A stretch of DNA of 58,569 nt from Clostridia bacterium. GTDB lineage: Bacteria > Bacillota > Clostridia > Oscillospirales > CAG-272. The notes beneath the pieces are model-generated. The model was not told the origin of the DNA. It saw only the letters and a program-made list of their open reading frames with translations, and searched no databases. Within the stretch, counting starts at the first letter, position 1. The number at the start of each line of letters is the position of its first letter. Below are positions 54,920 to 58,569 of the stretch, in pieces. The stretch covers positions 1 through 58,569 of the forward strand of contig JAFWTH010000037.1 of NCBI GenBank assembly GCA_017518975.1, in the 5' to 3' direction. The position numbers and the translations under genes were made by a program.

Positions 54920-55289
54920 AGAGAGAATTAGGAATCGCTCGCTGTGGACTTGCTTGCTGCCTGTGCAGCGAAAACGAGTACTGCCGTGGCTGTAATTCTG
55001 CGGATTGTCGGGACAAGGATTGGTGCGAAAACAGAAAATGTTCCTTAGAAAAAAATATCAGTCATTGCTATAACTGCGATCCGGATTGCAGAAAAGGATT
55101 GCTTTCTGAAATCAAACCGTATGGTTTTTCTCTGTTTGTTAAGAGGTACGGAGAAGAAGAACTGTTGAATTGCCTTGAAAAGAACGAGAAGAACGGGATC
55201 GTATATCACCGTGACGGAATAATGGTGATTACGATGACTTTGATGATGTAGAAACGTTGATCCGCTTTATCAAAAACGGGAAAAGATAA
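54916..55289 (+). pseudogene. Cys-rich (DUF3795-like) protein with a probable 1-nt frameshift near 55222
   Basis: CGLACCLC, CRGC, CYNC motifs; the in-frame tail MVITMTLMM looks spurious, while the shifted frame reads GDYDDFDDVETLIRFIKNGKR*. Confidence 0.65.
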
Positions 55290-55322
55290 CCTCATGTAAA
55301 ACTCTCACCGTTGGCGAGAGAA

Positions 55323-55385
55323 ATCGAGAGGGAAGACCGCGTGTACATGAAAGTGTTCGAGTCGCAAAAAGAGAGGTTTGAATAG
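55323..55385 (+). pseudogene. Diverged relic of an ABC transporter 3' end
   Basis: IEREDRVYMKVFESQKERFE* versus IARENSVYKKMFESQKEWYS* (53295-53357); 44/63 nt identical by hand count. Confidence 0.7.
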
Positions 55386-55478
55386 ATCGCATAAAGAAAG
55401 CGGAAAGGGCTCCGCGCAAAACTTTCCCCAAAAATGAAAAATTTTCGATTTTGGGGAATTTAAAAAGCTTTGGAGTTC

Positions 55479-55524
55479 AAAAAAACAGGACAGTGACCGT
55501 TTTGATCACTGCCCTGATTTTTAT
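55479..55524. terminator. Bidirectional terminator
   Basis: A-run CAGGACAGTGA..TCACTGCCCTG T-run. Confidence 0.7.
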
Positions 55525-55540
55525 TTCCTTCGCGATGTCC

Positions 55541-56938
55541 TCAGCAAAGGTTGGCGGAGCCGCCCTTTGAAAGAGTGCGCGCCACTTCGACGCCGTCGAG
55601 CTGCTGCACGGTCTTGTTCCCGTCGACAGCGAGATACGCGGCGACGCCCGCCGCCTCTCCGATCTGATTGAGGTTGACCATGACGCGCAGAGCGCCGAAC
55701 GCTTCCTGCGTCGCGTTGATCATTCTGCCCGCGGCGATGATGTTCTCATACTTCTCCTGAACGAGAACGCCGAACGGCAGAGAATAATAAGTAGGCATCG
55801 GGCCGTCGGTCGGCAGACCCATATCTTTGCGCCAGTTGGTGACGACGCGCGTGCCGTCGGTGTATTCCGTCGTGCACTCGCCGTTCAGTCTCATGAACTG
55901 GATGCCGGAATCAGCCTGATGGACGTCGATATCGTACGTTCCGTTGAGGATCGCGTCGTCGTATCTCTTGCCCAGAAGCAGATCCATATGCTCCGCGCGC
56001 TGTTTCGTCTTGAAATGATACGTGTCGCGGATGCCGATATACGAGCAGATGTTGACGAGCGTGTAGACCTCGTCGGCGTTTCCGTATTTTCTCATCATAC
56101 GGACGACTTTTCTCATCTTTTCGCGGCCGATGATCTCCGCCTCGGTCAGCTCGTCCGCGTGCGCGCAGTTGAGGTTGAAGACGTGAGTGTCAGCGCGGAA
56201 ATGGATATTGTAGATGCCGGGTATGTAGGTGTCCCAGCCCCAGTCGGGTTCGAGGCCGAATTCCTTGCCGAACCGCTGGATCATGGGCGGGACGACGTCC
56301 TCGTTGAACTTGATGCCGTATTCTCTTTTTCTCTCGTCGTCCTTCGTCCCCTGCATCATGTAGACCGCGGAGGGCGGCTGGACGTTGGGATTGAGGTACG
56401 ACTCGACGCCGAGGTCGCGGCAAAGGTCGCCGTCGCCCGTCGCGTCGATGAAGAATTTCGCCTTGATCGCCCCTCTGCCGTCCTTGTTCTCGACGAAGAT
56501 ATTCGTGATCCTGTCGCCGTCGCAGGAAAGACCCGCGTACATCGTGTGCAGATAGATCTTGACTCCCGCCTCTTTCAGAATGGCGTCGAGCTCTATTTTG
56601 AGCTCGTTGGGGTTGAAGAAATGCGAGGAGCCGGGACCCTGCCTGTAGTCGATCTCCGACATACGGCAAAGAACTTCCTCGGACAGACCCGCTATGATCT
56701 GCTTGTTTCTGCCCTCGTCGTAGAACGTGTGCCAAAGGCTGACGAGGCCGTTCGTGGCGACGCCGCCGAAGCTGTTCTGACACTCGACGATGACGACTTT
56801 CGCGCCGAGACGCGCCGCGCGGACCGCGGCGAAAACGCCGGTCGCCGATCCGCCGACCACGCAGACGTCCGCCTCGTGGATAACGGGGATCCTTTTCTCC
56901 GGCTCGATAACGTACGAATCAAATTTTCTTTCTCTCAT
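55541..56938 (-). CDS. FAD-dependent oxidoreductase
   Basis: DVCVVGGSATG..AAVRAARLG, FGGVATNG, FIDATGDGD, AAGRMI, ALRVM, GEAAGVAA. Confidence 0.88.
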   Translation of the reverse strand: MRERKFDSYVIEPEKRIPVIHEADVCVVGGSATGVFAAVRAARLGAKVVIVECQNSFGGVATNGLVSLWHTFYDEGRNKQIIAGLSEEVLCRMSEIDYRQGPGSSHFFNPNELKIELDAILKEAGVKIYLHTMYAGLSCDGDRITNIFVENKDGRGAIKAKFFIDATGDGDLCRDLGVESYLNPNVQPPSAVYMMQGTKDDERKREYGIKFNEDVVPPMIQRFGKEFGLEPDWGWDTYIPGIYNIHFRADTHVFNLNCAHADELTEAEIIGREKMRKVVRMMRKYGNADEVYTLVNICSYIGIRDTYHFKTKQRAEHMDLLLGKRYDDAILNGTYDIDVHQADSGIQFMRLNGECTTEYTDGTRVVTNWRKDMGLPTDGPMPTYYSLPFGVLVQEKYENIIAAGRMINATQEAFGALRVMVNLNQIGEAAGVAAYLAVDGNKTVQQLDGVEVARTLSKGGSANLC

Positions 56939-57172
56939 GAGGACACCTCCCGGCTTTTTTCGGAAATGATTAAACTTTTTCCCGAAAACGCTTTACACGG
57001 CGATTTTTTGTTTGTAAAATATATGAGAAGGGACTCGTCGCGGACCCGTTTCCCGAACGACCTCATTTTATCATATCGCCGCTTTCATTGTCAAGTGGCG
57101 GGGCACCGCCGGGGCGCCTCAGAAGCCCGGTTTGCAAAAAATATTCAATTTTTTCACATAAAGGAGAACGGT

Positions 57173-57748
57173 ATGAAAACGATCAAAGACAAGGAACTGC
57201 TCGTTGCGGCGGATATCGCCGGTTTTGAACTCAAAGAGGCGATCGTGAAGCACCTCGAAGCGAAGGGCTGGAAGATCACCGATATCGGCGTCCGTTCCGC
57301 GGACGATCCGCATCCCGAGATGTTCCATCGCATCGGCCTGATGGTCGGCGCGAAGATCGCGGAGCGTGAATTTGAGCGCGCGCTGATCTTCTGCGGCACC
57401 GGAATGGGCATCCACATCGCGGCGAGCAAGTGCCCGCACGTTCACGCCGCCGTCGTCGAGTCGGTCATGTCCGCGAAGCGCGCCATCACGGGCAACAACG
57501 TGAATGTCCTCGCAATGGGCGGTCACTGGATAGGCCACAATATGGGAATCGAGATCGCCGACGCGTATCTCAGTCTGTCGATGGGACAGGGCTACGAGTG
57601 GTGGCCGAACTTCTACGAATTCCACAAGCTCGCGTACGACGAGCTCGAGGCGTTCAACTACGAGGAGTTCAAGGCAAACGGCTTCAAGCTCAAGCACCTC
57701 GGCGAGGTCGATCTCCCTGGTTGCGCGAAACCGAATGATGTAGAATAG
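57173..57748 (+). CDS. rpiB: RpiB/LacAB-family sugar-phosphate isomerase
   Basis: AADIAGFELKE, FCGTGMGIHIAASK, NNVNVLAMG; AAGGAG RBS. Confidence 0.82.
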   Translation: MKTIKDKELLVAADIAGFELKEAIVKHLEAKGWKITDIGVRSADDPHPEMFHRIGLMVGAKIAEREFERALIFCGTGMGIHIAASKCPHVHAAVVESVMSAKRAITGNNVNVLAMGGHWIGHNMGIEIADAYLSLSMGQGYEWWPNFYEFHKLAYDELEAFNYEEFKANGFKLKHLGEVDLPGCAKPNDVE

Positions 57749-57838
57749 CGCTTCCTTTGTAATCAGGTTGTAATCCCACCTGAACTGCCCAACTGCTCCG
57801 CAACCAGAGCGAATACCATAAAGCGACCTGTTTGTCAT

Positions 57839-57864
57839 ACCCCGTCCGAAAGGGCGGGGTTTTA
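57839..57864. terminator. Intrinsic terminator
   Basis: ACCCCGTCC-GAAA-GGGCGGGGT-TTTT. Confidence 0.8.
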
Positions 57865-58065
57865 TTCTTCCCGCAGCGCGACTATCTGATCTATTATCAG
57901 CGCCATCGGAAAGCGCAATGATTTCCGTACTCTGTAGACCGGGTCGACGCCGTTTTCAAGGTATTCGCGCAGCGCGTCGAACGCCTCGTCCTGTTCACTC
58001 GGCTTCAGATATTTTTTGATGAGCTTGTACCACGAGAAGCATATACGGAACAAATCTTCGTCCAC
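57862..58065 (-). CDS. Small hypothetical protein
   Basis: GTG after AGGGGG RBS; upstream TTGACA (58134-58139)-17-TATACT (58111-58116) promoter. Confidence 0.55.
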   Translation of the reverse strand: MDEDLFRICFSWYKLIKKYLKPSEQDEAFDALREYLENGVDPVYRVRKSLRFPMALIIDQIVALREE

Positions 58066-58320
58066 TTGTTTTCCCCCTGCTATGTTCTAACTTTGTTAGT
58101 CTTTGACAAGAGTATACACTAACCTTTCTCGCTTGTCAACCCGTTTATTCTAATTTTATTGAATTATTTAGAAACGCCGTAAACCCGTTCGATTTGCGGG
58201 TGTTATTCTTTCATCCCCTCGCGGTGGTATATGTTGAAGCGCATAAACTCCGTTCGTGAGGTGTAAAGTATGGATAGCGGTTCTGTCTGTTTGCTTCCTT
58301 TGCTTCGCAAAGAGCAAACA

Positions 58321-58360
58321 GGATAAAATTCCGCTTGAAATGGGACCCAACCCATTTCAT
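58321..58360. repeat. Dispersed REP-like palindromic element, copy 2
   Basis: GGATAAAATTCCGCTTGAAATGGGACCCAACCCATTTCAT matches 14714-14754. Confidence 0.8.
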
Positions 58361-58569
58361 CCGGCTGCGCCGGAACCGCAGAATTTTACCACGACTTCCG
58401 TGAATAAATCGTATCTTTCTTGTTTTGCACTCTTTTTTTCTCTAGAGAAAAAAAGCCTGCGCTGAAAAAAAGAGTCGCTCGGGGGCGGGAGGAGGTTTCG
58501 CGTAGGGCTGCAGGAGCAGCCCAGCTCAAACCCTCCCTCCCCCGAAACCTCCCCCTCCCTCCCACGCGG

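Noticed and set aside
55919-57172. 609-aa ORF suggesting a large RpiB fusion
   Set aside because: The first ~418 codons are antisense to the FAD oxidoreductase or intergenic; the RBS supports a start at 57173
1-58569. Prophage, IS or integrative element
   Set aside because: No integrase, transposase, relaxase or phage structural gene was recognised

Overview
GC-rich chromosomal window from an anaerobic Firmicute (Clostridia-like, judged from SLH proteins, IreB and the TIGR03960-type rSAM). Core content: aquaporin, copZ/copA, a complete arginine operon (argG-H-C-J-B-D-F-carA-carB) with ARG boxes, fsa, tRNA-Ile2(CAU), tmk-mrnC, rlmB, ireB-ribF-dac, a type IIA topoisomerase B subunit and rpiB. 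Accessory content: two SLH-anchored glycan-active proteins, a Phd/Doc toxin-antitoxin pair, an AlkZ-like glycosylase, an ABC exporter pair and several AT-richer cassettes. The best candidate for a new system is a coupled three-gene operon at 20189-22525: a putative lipoprotein, a 165-aa protein with five [VI]-Y-A-G-P-[DE]-aromatic-type repeats (one degenerate) plus a C-terminal zinc ribbon, and a radical SAM/SPASM enzyme resembling tyrosine-excising spliceases. This suggests a RiPP or protein-modification system with a non-canonical YA rather than YG target. Other notable items: CarB fused to a DapF domain lacking its first catalytic Cys; a uORF (MTKNAVAD) attenuator upstream of a GNAT/beta-lactamase-fold fusion; hairpin-array elements flanking the TA/ART-like islet; and apparent pseudo-enzymes (P-type ATPase, DD-carboxypeptidase). 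All family calls come from motif recognition by eye; no database searches were run.
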